From contig NC_092677.1 in assembly GCF_964355755.1 (NCBI RefSeq), positions 9,570,101 to 9,634,100 of the forward strand: a stretch of DNA of 64,000 nt, in the 5' to 3' direction. A program made the translations under genes and the position numbers. The stretch comes from Antedon mediterranea (Eukaryota; Animalia; Echinodermata). This document shows, piece after piece, positions 53,001-64,000 of the stretch. Below the pieces are notes generated by a model. It ran no database searches, had not been told where the DNA came from, and was given only the letters and a program-made list of their open reading frames with translations. Position 1 is the first letter of the stretch; each line of letters opens with the position of its first letter.

Positions 53001-55311
53001 TCTGTCTACGCTATCAAATTATGTTTGATGTACCTAAATATGGTAGTGACTAGTGATGTGCCCAAATATGGTAGTGACTAGTGATGTACCTAAATATGGT
53101 AGTGACTAGTGATGTGCCCAAATATGATAGTGATATGACATCATCGTGTCCATATTTAGGCACATCACATTTTTTGTCACATAATGTTTGATAGTGTAGA
53201 CAGAGCTTTAGAAATAAAAACCCCACCTCCTCACTTTAATTATAGAAACAACATTTTGTATCCTGGAGGAAGAAAGCTCTAAATAATAAATTGTTTTGAA
53301 ACAGTTATAGAATATTAAAAAAATTATTTAAAATAAACAGGTTACAGTTTGCTAAATTGTTCTTTTTGTTCTCTTTGCTCTTCGTGATAGATGGGTAAGT
53401 AATATTTATTATTTACGTTGGTGGTGTTTATGTACTCATTTGGTTTATATATAAATATATATATTGTGCTAACTCTCACTTCCTACCAACTGACACCATC
53501 ACTGTTGCTGTACTGTATGTTAAATCCACAAGACCAGTAGCATAACTTAGGGGTAAAAGGCATCTGGTTTAGCACTCCTAAGGGACCCTCCAATACAGGG
53601 TAGATGCATTGGACTGCTCATGCTCTGGAGCCCCTTAGTTTAGCCAGTGAGTGCTCATAGCCATTATGCTACTGCACAAGAAATATTATAATGCATAAAC
53701 ATATCAATATTAATCATAACAGCATTCTCACAACACAATTCAATGCCAATAAAGATTATGATTCACATTTCTGATTTCATTCCATGACCTAATGCATGCC
53801 TACATTTAAACCACTTTTCAAACAAAATAAAGTCAGGGTTTTGCCAAAGAGATAACATAATAGGTGACAGTGAATTAGGATGACAAAAGATGGGATCTAC
53901 GCCCCCTAATTTAATCTAAATTTGGAAACAAGACTACTCAATGGTACAGTAATATCCATGGTTAATGCGATTCAAGTACAATCCCACCCTCAATTTCAAA
54001 TCATACCCAAGCCCACTGCTGTTTAAGTACGAATATGTTTCAGCTAGGTACAATATTGCTAAAAGGCAATCTAACTAACTATGTCAATATAAAAAAAAGG
54101 TGTTTCAATTGATTGGCTACTAATTTTTTATTTTATTTATTTTTGGCTTATTGTGTAATACGTTTAAGCTATAGGCTTTTGGCAAAATTTAAAAAAGTCT
54201 TCAGAGAGCAATGGTTGTGGTTTAATAATAGTACCATATTTTAACATTACTTTTTATATTGTAACTTTTTATTGATGCCAATCTCTATGCTAATTTTTAA
54301 AGAGTGGTAAAAAGTTGTAGAGATCCAAAGAAGGGGATCATTAATTAGATCCGTGCATAGTTCACATTTGGTGTTGACCTCCAAACCTCCTCCCACCCTT
54401 TTTTTCAAAATTTGCTCAGTCCATAATGGGCCATAACATTTCACAATCAAAGTTAAAAATAGGTTTTTAAAGACAGTATTTGTGCATGGAAATAATTCTC
54501 TGTTTAATTCACTGCAGTGTTTATTTTGTTGTATGTATATTTTTATAATCCATTTTGTCACCACCTTATCACTGCCAAATCATTATGCGCCCTTCTGTGG
54601 TATCTAGATGTTGATACTGAGAATGCTCTTCCTTTTCATTGCATTATATATGCAGGGGTGGATTCCAGCATTGTGTACAAGGGACCTGATGCGCCATGCT
54701 CTAAATCTGCCTCTGAAATGAACATTTCTTCCTTTGAATCCAGCCACAGTATATCATCATGAAGTAGTCCATGCTTTCTTGGATACAGCACTATTATTAT
54801 TGTATACATACATCTTTCAAAAATTCTTAAAAATTATTATATGTATAATTAATTAATAATTATTCCAATTTTACTAATTGGAGATGTTTTTTATATAGTA
54901 TATATAGTACTTGAAAGACAATTTCGTATTGAATGTACTGTATAATGAATTTGGCAAATTCAATTTTGAGAATTCTAAAGCAACACTCTTATATTAAGGT
55001 ATGTACTTACTAATATACCCATGCTCATTACATCATTGTTTATTTAAATTTCAGTACTTCCGTACACGGGACCGAGCCCTGGGGAGATTGGGCCGAATCC
55101 CCAGCCCGCTTCTCCCACGAACATGTTGACTTCCAACTCCCATGAAGATGAAGCAACGGTAACAGAAGCACCGAGTACAACCAATGACATCTCTGACGAT
55201 GGGCATCAGTTGTCAGAACAGGGGTCTCAACAAAGTTTAAGAAGCCATCCTTCAACTGCAAGGAGCCAGATGTCTCAGAGGTCAGTCCTGATGTCTTCTG
55301 GGATTATTTGA
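47052..55311 (+). CDS. Ankyrin and armadillo repeat-containing protein (ANKAR-like)
   Basis: Exons approximately 47052-48694, 50628-50872, 51389-51545, 51765-51912, 52004-52124, 52838-52905 and 55055-55311. N-terminal ankyrin repeats (GWSHIHHAAMHG, LTPILVAVDSG) are followed by many ARM repeats (ILEEGGVMPLMQLL, AQANGVQPLVRLL). A probable start exon is ATGATGTATGG|gtaagt at 45877-45887, which is phase compatible. Confidence 0.85.
48822..49264. promoter_or_regulatory. Cluster of RFX X-box motifs in an ANKAR-like intron
   Basis: GTATCCATGGAAAC (48822), GTATCTATGGAAAC (48864) and GTTGCTATGGCGAC (49251), plus a forkhead site TGTAAACA near 49228. Confidence 0.6.
50248..50425. repeat. 17-bp minisatellite (AAATTAAACAACCTATT)n
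   Basis: About 9-10 degenerate tandem copies. Confidence 0.9.
50989..51158. mobile_element. hAT-like MITE
   Basis: CAGTGGCGTAAC ... GTTACACTG, with an imperfect 8-bp TSD ACCACTTG/AATACTTG. Confidence 0.65.
52187..52363. mobile_element. hAT-like MITE
   Basis: CAGTG ... GTTACACCACTG, with an 8-bp TSD TGCAAGAC/TGTAAGAC. Confidence 0.7.
53535..53674. mobile_element. hAT-like MITE
   Basis: TIR CAGTAGCATAA / TTATGCTACTG, with an 8-bp TSD CACAAGAC/CACAAGAA. Confidence 0.8.
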
Positions 55312-58046
55312 TGGCATTCTGCATTTGAATCGGTCACAATTTCATGGAGGTATACCTCCATGCAAATACAGCATGTAAAAGCACTTGAAACAGTGTGATT
55401 TTAGAAAACTTTATTTTAATGCAAGCATGTACAGTATGTTGGTTGATGACTACTTTTCCCAGGCATTTTTTAACTTTGCTGTATTGACAGGACATGGAAG
55501 ACAAAGCTTGTCCCTTAGGTCAGATGTTTCAATACCATGGCTTGTATTACCATTACAGGAGTGCTCACAATCTTCAAACTATAAAAAACGCATTGCTTAG
55601 ATGAGATCTGTACTTTGTAGGCCTCCCGATACACATCTATGGGTCCCTGTAATTACAGTCAAAGTCAACCTTCCTACCAAGTGTAAAAAGATATCCATCC
55701 TTGTATCAAATTTATTGAATGTGTATAAAGTAAATGTATATTTTTAGTATTAAAGTATGAAATTCAGCAGAAACTTAACATTTAAATTGGTAAAACAATT
55801 TATATTCTAATGCGGTAATTCAATAAAATATTGTGCATACATAATGCGTTGTTTGGGTGTTTATTTTCTATGAAATTTAAATACAGTACCGTTATGACCT
55901 AAGATGGCGTTTCACACATATATAATACTTAATGAGCTCACAAGACAGCTTTAGCAGCGCTCTCTATTCAATGTGAACCTAATAAAGTTAATCACTTCCG
56001 TATTTTCACTTATAAAATGACAAAATAAAGGGTTAAATTCAACCAAAACCCATTGGCTGGCAGCCAATTTTACCATTATTTGCTTTAATAGTTTTTTCAG
56101 GTAAATACATTTTTTTTTATCCAATTTTTTGTCAAAGTGGATAACTATTATGTTACATTAAAATGGCATATTAAAAAAAAAATGTGTTAAGAATTATTTT
56201 TTCAGGGGGACAATACATCTTTAATGTCAACAACTGGACCGTTTTAGAGGTGTTTACCACCTTTTGGTCCAGATCCTTCACTAACTGAGTTAGTGAGAAG
56301 TCAAATAAATAAATAAAACATTCCCAGTGAGGTTTGAAGATAAAGTCAATACTACTGAATGAAAACAACAAAACCTTTTATTGTATATAAAATGATTTGC
56401 ACAATTACTCCACTGTATTATTTACACATTTGTATTAAAATTACCAATGAAATATAATGCATATTTTTCTACTCACATCAAACACAATAAATCCAAAAAT
56501 CACAAAGATGACGAAGATGTAGGCCTACAATTGTCTGCAATAAATACTCAAGTCATAATTATAAGCACCAACTTGATGAGTGTTATCACTTTCTGCAATA
56601 CCAAAACTGACTGTACTGTGTAAAAATGTATTTAGTAAAATATCAATAATAACAGCTGCTAACATTAATAAATATAATAGTCTATAAAATATAATTACTG
56701 TATAATAAAAAATAATTAAATTAAATCTGTACAAAGTATTAAACCTCAAGTTCTTGTGGCCGTGTTTACCATTCACACTTAGGCAAAGGGTAATACCCTT
56801 AAAAGTCTCTTATTTATAAGTGAATACCATTGAAAGGAAATCCTTAAATATTTATTCAATTTCATTCACAAAACATGCTTATTTAAGTGACATACAGTAT
56901 AATAAATCATGTAATTGTAAGTGTAATCGGTTATATGACCACATGTGTGAAGTTCTGTCTACACTATTAAACTTTATGTGACAAACAAAATGTGATTTGC
57001 CAAAATATACACATATCACTACCATATTTGGGCACATCACATTTTTTTTTGTCAACTTGTTTGATAGTGTAGAGCTTTACACACCAATGAATGTGACAAA
57101 AGGTCCTAATTTAAGTCTACACTAGCAAGCTTTATTTTGTGTTTTTTAATGTTGATCTAAAGTTTGTATACATTTATATAGTTTGCACGATCTCCTGAGG
57201 ACGATCAAAGAATATTGATCAAAATGTCGAGAAACTCAACAGTTCTTTTCAGAACTATATACATGTAGTGTACTGCAAACTTTAATCAACATATTGATTT
57301 CGCCATGCAAGCCATTGCAATATTTTTTTTAATTTTTACAATTAAAATTTTCCAATTGTAATATTATCTACTATTATTAGCATCTATCATTATCTTCTTT
57401 AGTTTGAAAACAGGAGCAAAATCAGTTTGCAAATCAAGTTTAATTCCTAATAAAGCCTAGTCGACTGAGTAGAAAACTTTTAGTTTGCTCATATTTGCAA
57501 ACTTAAGTTTGTTTAGACTAGGCTTAAGGACCACATTTTCTAAAAAAATCCTGTAATTAAGAACCATTTTTGAGTTATTTTGTAGCATTTTCTAAAATCT
57601 AAAATTAGAATCATTAAAATGCAGCGACAATTGTACTATTCCTAGTGGTCCTTAAGTTGACGGTCATTATTTGGAGGTAGATAGTAAAGCTGTAATTGAG
57701 AATTAAAACACCAAAAGGTTAAATTTGTATTGCATTTTTTTATAAAATTGTTATGATACTACTACTATTACAACTCCTTGCTATATTACAGCTTCAAATA
57801 ATTTATTTTTTTTAAATTATCAAAATTAATCAAATGCAGTCAACTCTCCTATTATACAAAACTTTCTACAACTCTCCCACAACTAGAATTGTATTAGGTT
57901 CCAAAAGGTATTATTATTATTAATTATTGATTAATAAATTGCATTCTAAATAAGCCCAAAATGTTTCGGAGAGTATGACAAATAAAAATACTGTAAAACT
58001 AATGAAATATGTGAAAGACTAGTCTGAATTATATATCACATCAAAT

Positions 58047-59558
58047 TCAAAAGAATACAACTGTAACGGTTATGTCATCACGATACGAACGTGAAATCTC
58101 TTTTGGTAACGTTAAAGAAGTTGATAGTTTATCATGTTTAAACTTGTTTCCATTTCCACACAGAGCATAGCGAATTAAATGCGTAGCCACGTTGTCATCT
58201 ACTGGCCTTAAGGTGTCCTTGCGTTGTTTAATACGACTCTGTAATTTTACAAGAGATAGCCCTTCGATGTCATCCATTGTTTGTGGCTGTAAGAAATCGC
58301 CAACGAGTTTGATGCATTTATCGGTGCTGATCATCTCCCAGAGTCCATCAGAAGCCAGGATCATAAATTTATCTTTCTCGGTAATTGTATGAGTTTTGAT
58401 TTCTGGCGTGGCAATTAAATACGGTGGAGTCTTGTAATATTTTGGCAACACATGACCTGGGTTGAGTGCACTTATTATCGTCCGTTGGTCTGTTTCTGAC
58501 CATTTGAAGCGCACATCTCCGAAAGCCCTTAATGGCATTAATTCTCCAAGGAGTCTACCATTTTTAAGGACAGAAATGTCTTCGCTTGCTGGATGAGCAG
58601 ATTTTAAACGTTTTACTTCATTCTGGTTTTGTTGGACGTGATCTTCAGAAAGGTTTACAGCAGTCCATGAACCATCCGCTTCCTTCTGTCCAACAACAGC
58701 TCGACAGTCACCAGTATTTGCTAAAAATATCTCAGAGTCACGAATGTATGCGACACAAGCGCATGCACCGGAGATAGCTATATGTAAAGCTTCTTCGTTG
58801 AGGTATGAATTTGTTGTCTTCTTGGCTTCAGAAGAAAGATCCTTATCCAGACGATCAAACGCAGTCTCCAGACAATCAGGAATGTCAATATCGTCCATGT
58901 GGTCGACAGAGAGGTTATCTAATAAATACTTATGAATGCTTTCTAGAAAGAGGTCATGGCAGTCTTGCGACACATACTCATTCGGATGTCGGAAGAATTC
59001 TACAAGACTTAACATCTTATTTTTCTCCATCTCAATTTTAGTCTTCTTCAAATCTTCAAATGGTAATATCTCAAGTGCAATGTACTCAAAGAGTCTTTGA
59101 CAAACAGCTTGAGCGCATGCTGGACCGGCGTGCCCGTCAAAAACGCCAAATAACATTCCAGATGTGTATTTACAGCGACCTTGCGCTCGTCTGTCTTCTA
59201 TCGGATGGTTTGCTTCAAGCTGGTTGCTTTGAAAACCTTTTACAACTTCATTTTTATCAAGAAACTTATGATTTGATTCATTTTTCTGTAAGATAGTTGT
59301 TGCCTGCTGCGGAGAGATTTTCGGCTGGATATGAAAATGACATTTTTGAATATAATATGGCGTGTGTTTTGCATGTAACTTTTTCAAATAAGCCGTGTAA
59401 TATTGTGTGCAAGTCCAATAGGTTAGTACATTTCTGTCAGGTTGAAAAATTCTTGCTTGGCTTACTGTCCTTGCAGTAGTCACACACATATTTTTTTCCG
59501 GTCTACTAAGAATTCGGCTCAATATTAAAAATGGAGTATAACATTTATGGTGTGCCAT
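58047..59558 (-). CDS. PDP1/2: Pyruvate dehydrogenase phosphatase catalytic subunit (PP2C family), mitochondrial
   Basis: 503-aa single-exon ORF with SNQLEANHPIEDRR, LFGVFDGHAG, ANTGDCRAV, RLLGELMPLRAFGD, TPPYL, LASDGLWE, DNVATHLIR and YRDDITVTVV. A 5' UTR intron is likely at about 59655-60008. Confidence 0.96.
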   Translation of the reverse strand: MAHHKCYTPFLILSRILSRPEKNMCVTTARTVSQARIFQPDRNVLTYWTCTQYYTAYLKKLHAKHTPYYIQKCHFHIQPKISPQQATTILQKNESNHKFLDKNEVVKGFQSNQLEANHPIEDRRAQGRCKYTSGMLFGVFDGHAGPACAQAVCQRLFEYIALEILPFEDLKKTKIEMEKNKMLSLVEFFRHPNEYVSQDCHDLFLESIHKYLLDNLSVDHMDDIDIPDCLETAFDRLDKDLSSEAKKTTNSYLNEEALHIAISGACACVAYIRDSEIFLANTGDCRAVVGQKEADGSWTAVNLSEDHVQQNQNEVKRLKSAHPASEDISVLKNGRLLGELMPLRAFGDVRFKWSETDQRTIISALNPGHVLPKYYKTPPYLIATPEIKTHTITEKDKFMILASDGLWEMISTDKCIKLVGDFLQPQTMDDIEGLSLVKLQSRIKQRKDTLRPVDDNVATHLIRYALCGNGNKFKHDKLSTSLTLPKEISRSYRDDITVTVVFF

Positions 59559-60059
59559 GATAAATGTCTCTCAGCTATTTTATGACTATATTAATAGCAG
59601 TACAGAAATTGATGTCCTTTTTTCATTCCTTTTTCAGATCGTGAATCAGCACAACTGTCAATTAAAAAAAAATTGTTTAAACCAAAAAAATAAGTTACCA
59701 ATTCAATGTTACTTTTTATAAATGTATTTACTATTGTACAGTACTGCATGGGTTATACAGTACAGTATAAACAAAATACAGACCACACACAAACCATACA
59801 GCACATTTTTGGATTAACAAAACATATCTAGGCTCCTAGGCCAATCTATCCGGACCATACTATCCCCCTAACCTACCTAGGCCTAGGTAGGCCTAGCTAG
59901 GCCTAGAGGTATAGGAAGGATAGCCTAACGCCTACCACCTACCTTACCTAAAAAGGTAACTTGAATTAATTAATAACCAATAATAATCAAAAATTGTCAG
60001 GTTACTTACAAATTCATATTATTATTAGACAAACATATAATTTCAAAAACATTCAACAA

Positions 60060-60250
60060 AAAATGTTCAGGAATCCGGTTCACTTTCATACTTTTCTTTT
60101 TCTAAAAATAACTGTTTGTCGCCCTCTGTTGCTCGTAAGATATTTAAATTAGCAAAACAACAGAAAAAAGCATGCTTCATACGCTTCCGGTTTACATGTC
60201 ACACGCAGTAGTTACGTAAGAAAATTACATTTATAACTAAAGATAGCAAA
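60060..60250. promoter_or_regulatory. Compact bidirectional promoter between PDP1/2 and NFS1
   Basis: About 240 bp separate the putative PDP first-exon donor (~60008) from the NFS1 ATG (60251). ETS-like CTTCCGG (~60184), TTACGTAA (~60212) and CTCF-like CGCCCTCTGTTG (~60120) are present. Confidence 0.55.
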
Positions 60251-63200
60251 ATGTTGCCATCGTTAATGCGAGTTACATCCGAAGGATGTTTAAAATACAT
60301 ATTACGATCTGCTCCACAAATTCAACGTCAACTTCAGATATCAGCAAGCGGTAATCGATCTGCAATTCCAGGTAAATATTGTTATTTTTATAGCTAGGCT
60401 AGGCCCTAGCCTAGTCTAGTTGGATCTAGACGGATTACGGTCGAAGCGGCCGCCAACCAAAGCGGCCGCTAGTTCAATAACGGTAATTTGTATGGAACGC
60501 CGTGTGCGCTTTGATTGTCGTTGTTTTGTCATTTTTGATTGTCATTGTTTCGATCGTCAGGTTTTCTTTTCCTCGGACGTAAATAACAACTTACATTATT
60601 AACTTAATATTATGTAATAGTAATATATTCTCTTTTTTGACAGATTGAATGTGATACCTTCTTTTAAACGAAATGGCGAATCGATGATTACTTACTTTAA
60701 CTGTTCTAAATGAAAAACATTTTTAATAAAGTCAATAAAAAACATTGTGGTGTTTTTATTGTATAATATATAATATGCCAATTATTAAGAATAATATATA
60801 TATTTTTTCAATAAAATATATCAAATTAAAATATATATATTTGTTATTGTATATTAATATATTAGTAAAGTAACTACTGTTAGTAGTACGTGTTCGCAAA
60901 CATAATTTAATTACAATAACATGATGACATCAATTTATTTATTTAATATCCTAAATTGTTTTATACCTTCAGATATATAAATATTGATCAATTTAAAATT
61001 AGTTTTAAATACCTGTACTAAAATAAGACGCAAGTGCCTGTACGGTACGGTAATTAATTACGTGAATTTCTGCTAATAACTCGACTGTCGGCCGGCCAGG
61101 AATAGTGCTGTAGAAGGTCGCGTTTTCGTCTTCACGTTGCTTCATTGAAAACACAAACAATGTATTACAATGGAATAACACTTAAATGTATAACACACCC
61201 TATTACTAATAATAAAAACCAAGATTCGATAGTACAGTGTAAACGAGATATAAAAATTCGGCAATACCGTACGTAACTTATTATTGCAATACTGTATAAA
61301 GATTCGATGTAAATGAGATATAAAGATTCGGCAATACCGTACGTAAATTATTAATGCAATACTGTAAAGATTCGATGTAAATTAATGAGATATAAATATT
61401 CGACAATACCGTACGTAACTTATTATTGCAATACTGTTCGATGTAAATGAGATATAAAGATTCGGCAATACCGTACGTAAATTATTAATGCAATACTGTA
61501 AAGATCGATGTAAATGAGATATAAATATTCGGCAATACCGTACGTAAATTATTATTGCAATACTGTATAAAGATTCGATGTAAATGAGATATAAAGATTC
61601 GGCAATACCGTACATGAATTATTAATGCAATACTGTATAAAGATTTGATGTAAATTAGATATAAATATTCGGCAATGCCGTACGTAAATTATTATTGCAA
61701 TACTGTATAAAGATTTGATGTAAATGAGATATAAAGATTCGGCAATACCGTACGTAAATTATTAATGCAGTACTGTATAAAGATTCGATAGTATGTAAAT
61801 GAGATATAATTCGGCAATACCGTACGTAAATTATTAATGCAATACTGTATGAAGACTCGATAGTATGTAAATGAGATATAAAGATTCGGCAATACCTTAA
61901 TAGTACGTAAATTATTATTGCAATACTGTAAAAAGATTCTATGAGATACAAGGATTCAGCAATACCGTACGTAAATTATTAATGCAATACTGTATAAGGA
62001 TTCGATAGTATGTAAATGAGATATAAATATTCGGCAATACCGTACGTAAATTATTATATTGCAATACTGTAAAAAGATTTGATAGTATGTAAATGAGATA
62101 TAAAGATTCGGCAATACCGTACGTAAATTATTATTGCAATACTGTATGAAGATTCGATAGTATGTAAATGAGATATAAATATTCGCCAATACCGTACGTA
62201 AATTATTAATGCAATACTGTATAAAGATTTGATAGGAGAGTGCTCAAGAAACGTCGGGTCAAGAGGATAAAATAAACAAATAAATAAATAGTAGGTAATA
62301 AATGAGACATAGAGGTTCAATAGTATGTAGATTATGATGCAAACGTAAATTATTAATGATTCGATAATATATAATGTAAATATATTTAGTTAGTTATTAA
62401 TATTAAAATACAAATAAAATATACATTGATTTATCCGCAGGCAAACTTAATTATTATAGAAATATAAAGATTCGATAGTACATGATTTGGCTTATATTTA
62501 TTGGTTTGACCATACACACAGCTGTAACTCAACTCGCCATAGGCCATGGTGTTGACAACGACAATCAAAGATTAAAGCGCACATGGCGTTCCATACAAAT
62601 GACGATATTAAACTGGCGGCCGCTTCGACCATACTCCGTCTAGCTAGGCCTAAATAAAAGTAAATAGGGAGGAGTGACCCTAGGAATCGAGGTGCCCCAT
62701 CCATGCCTAGCTAGCCTACCAAGCTGTGTCCATTGAAACAGTAGACGTGTAGAGACTGAGCCTCCAAAAGGAAAAATCACAGCAATAGTACTGTAATTTA
62801 ATATGTAAAACCCATGGGCCATATAAAGCCTGCAATTATTAATGAAATTATTTAAAATAATTAATTTTTAAACATTTTACAAAATCTTTTGAGATTCAAA
62901 CAACAAATTAATTAAACAGTTTGTAAGCCCAATCATTCATAAGATTACAATTTAAGAATTATTGGTTTTTTTTTTTCAGAAGAGAAAAGTTCGGAACATG
63001 ATGGAATTCAAGGAAAACCACTGTATCTTGATTTTCAAGCAACAACACCAATGGTAGTGAATGTTGATTAGTGAAACGGAGAGTTCTCTAGGCCTAATTT
63101 AAAAGTATAATACTTTCCAACAAAATCCAGCAAGCAATCTAACCTCAACAAAACCCAATAAACTAGTGCCCGAGATCTCAAAAAGTAGCTTGTGGGCCTA

Positions 63201-63931
63201 ATCTTTTTCTTATGAAGAGAGCTGCAAATTGACAATAAATATGTGTAAAATAGGGGTAATGTCCTTAAAACCCATGAGCTTCCACAGACATTGGACTCCT
63301 AAGTACGAGAGCCCTATGCTCTATCTGGCCCGCAAGATTATTTGTACCACAATAAACAGTGCAAATATAAGAATGCAAATATTAAAGTCCTTTATAAATT
63401 ACCAGCGAAATTAAGCAAAGAATTAAAAACTTGCATACATACAGTTCTTTTACCAGACTACTTTTATTTCAGGATCCTAGAGTCCTGGATGCCATGATGC
63501 CATACACTGTAGGTTACTATGGAAACCCACATTCAAGAACTCATGCATATGGTTGGGAGACAGAAGAGGCAGTAGAGAAAGCCAGAGAAGTAATTATTAA
63601 ATTACTTGTAATTAAATAAAGGAATCAATCGGACCATCTAATTGCTTTGCAACATTGCACTACCATACTGAAGCTCACAAGCACTGTCTACACTATCAAA
63701 CTAGTGAAAAAACATGTGAATTGCCCAAATATGGTAGTGATATGACATCATCGTGGCCATATATGGGCACATCACATTTTTTGTCACATAAAACCACTGA
63801 TGGTAAACTACAGATTTTAAATAACTTGTTCCTATATATTTTTACAGCAAGTGGCACACCTTATTAATGCTGATCCAAAAGAAATCATTTTCACAAGTGG
63901 CGCCACAGAATCGAACAACATTGCAGTCAAG
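60251..63931 (+). CDS. NFS1: Cysteine desulfurase, mitochondrial (first four exons; continues beyond the window)
   Basis: Exons 60251-60371, 62980-63053, 63473-63589 and 63848-63931 give ...[24 protein letters not shown]...[14 protein letters not shown]...[28 protein letters not shown]. Confidence 0.97.
60426..62643. mobile_element. TIR-bounded non-autonomous element carrying a minisatellite (NFS1 intron 1)
   Basis: About 100-bp imperfect inverted repeats: CTAGACGGATTACGGTCGAAGCGGCCGCC...TTTGTATGGAACGCC (60426-60535) versus 62550-62643. Confidence 0.75.
61220..62235. repeat. Minisatellite with ~60-66 bp unit, about 16 copies
   Basis: Unit AAAGATTCGATGTAAATGAGATATAAAGATTCGGCAATACCGTACGTAAATTATTAATGCAATACTGTAT, with degenerate copies extending to about 62480. 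Confidence 0.95.
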
Positions 63932-64000
63932 GTGAAAATAATTTAAAATGTTCATTTTTGTTTAAAAAAGCATTTGGCTGGAGTGTAGTCTGAATTGGGT

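Noticed and set aside
47747-59479. Overlapping and antisense ORFs within the ANKAR-like and PDP exons
   Set aside because: Shadow ORFs of real coding sequence, with no independent features.
61220-62235. CRISPR-like appearance of the regular repeat array
   Set aside because: Units are contiguous with no unique spacers, the context is a eukaryotic intron, and there are no cas genes. It is a minisatellite.

Overview
AT-rich eukaryotic (animal) genomic DNA, most likely an invertebrate deuterostome such as an echinoderm. That is an inference from the ST3GAL1/2-type sialyltransferase, the Deu/Nin-domain SINEs and the compact GT-AG introns. Six protein-coding genes form three head-to-head pairs: FCSK/FUK (-, truncated by the left edge) with ST3GAL1/2 (+); CNOT1 (-, about 42 exons) with an ANKAR-like gene (+); and PDP1/2 (-, single coding exon) with NFS1 (+, truncated by the right edge). 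Introns and intergenic DNA are rich in non-autonomous TIR elements (Harbinger-, hAT-, ISL2EU- and Ginger-like), tRNA-derived SINEs, a LINE 3' end and minisatellites. The most notable observations are: a four-copy, one-per-intron candidate box C/D snoRNA family in CNOT1 with no target I could recognise; an intronic minisatellite built from copies of a splice junction (YAG|GTCAGT); P-element-type excision footprints; a 4.2 kb inverted-repeat-bounded region with back-to-back tRNA-like heads between the CNOT1 and ANKAR-like promoters; an orphan minus-strand promoter near 15 kb; an RFX X-box cluster; and FCSK-ST3GAL microsynteny apparently shared with human. All exon and element boundaries were read by eye and may be off by a few bases.
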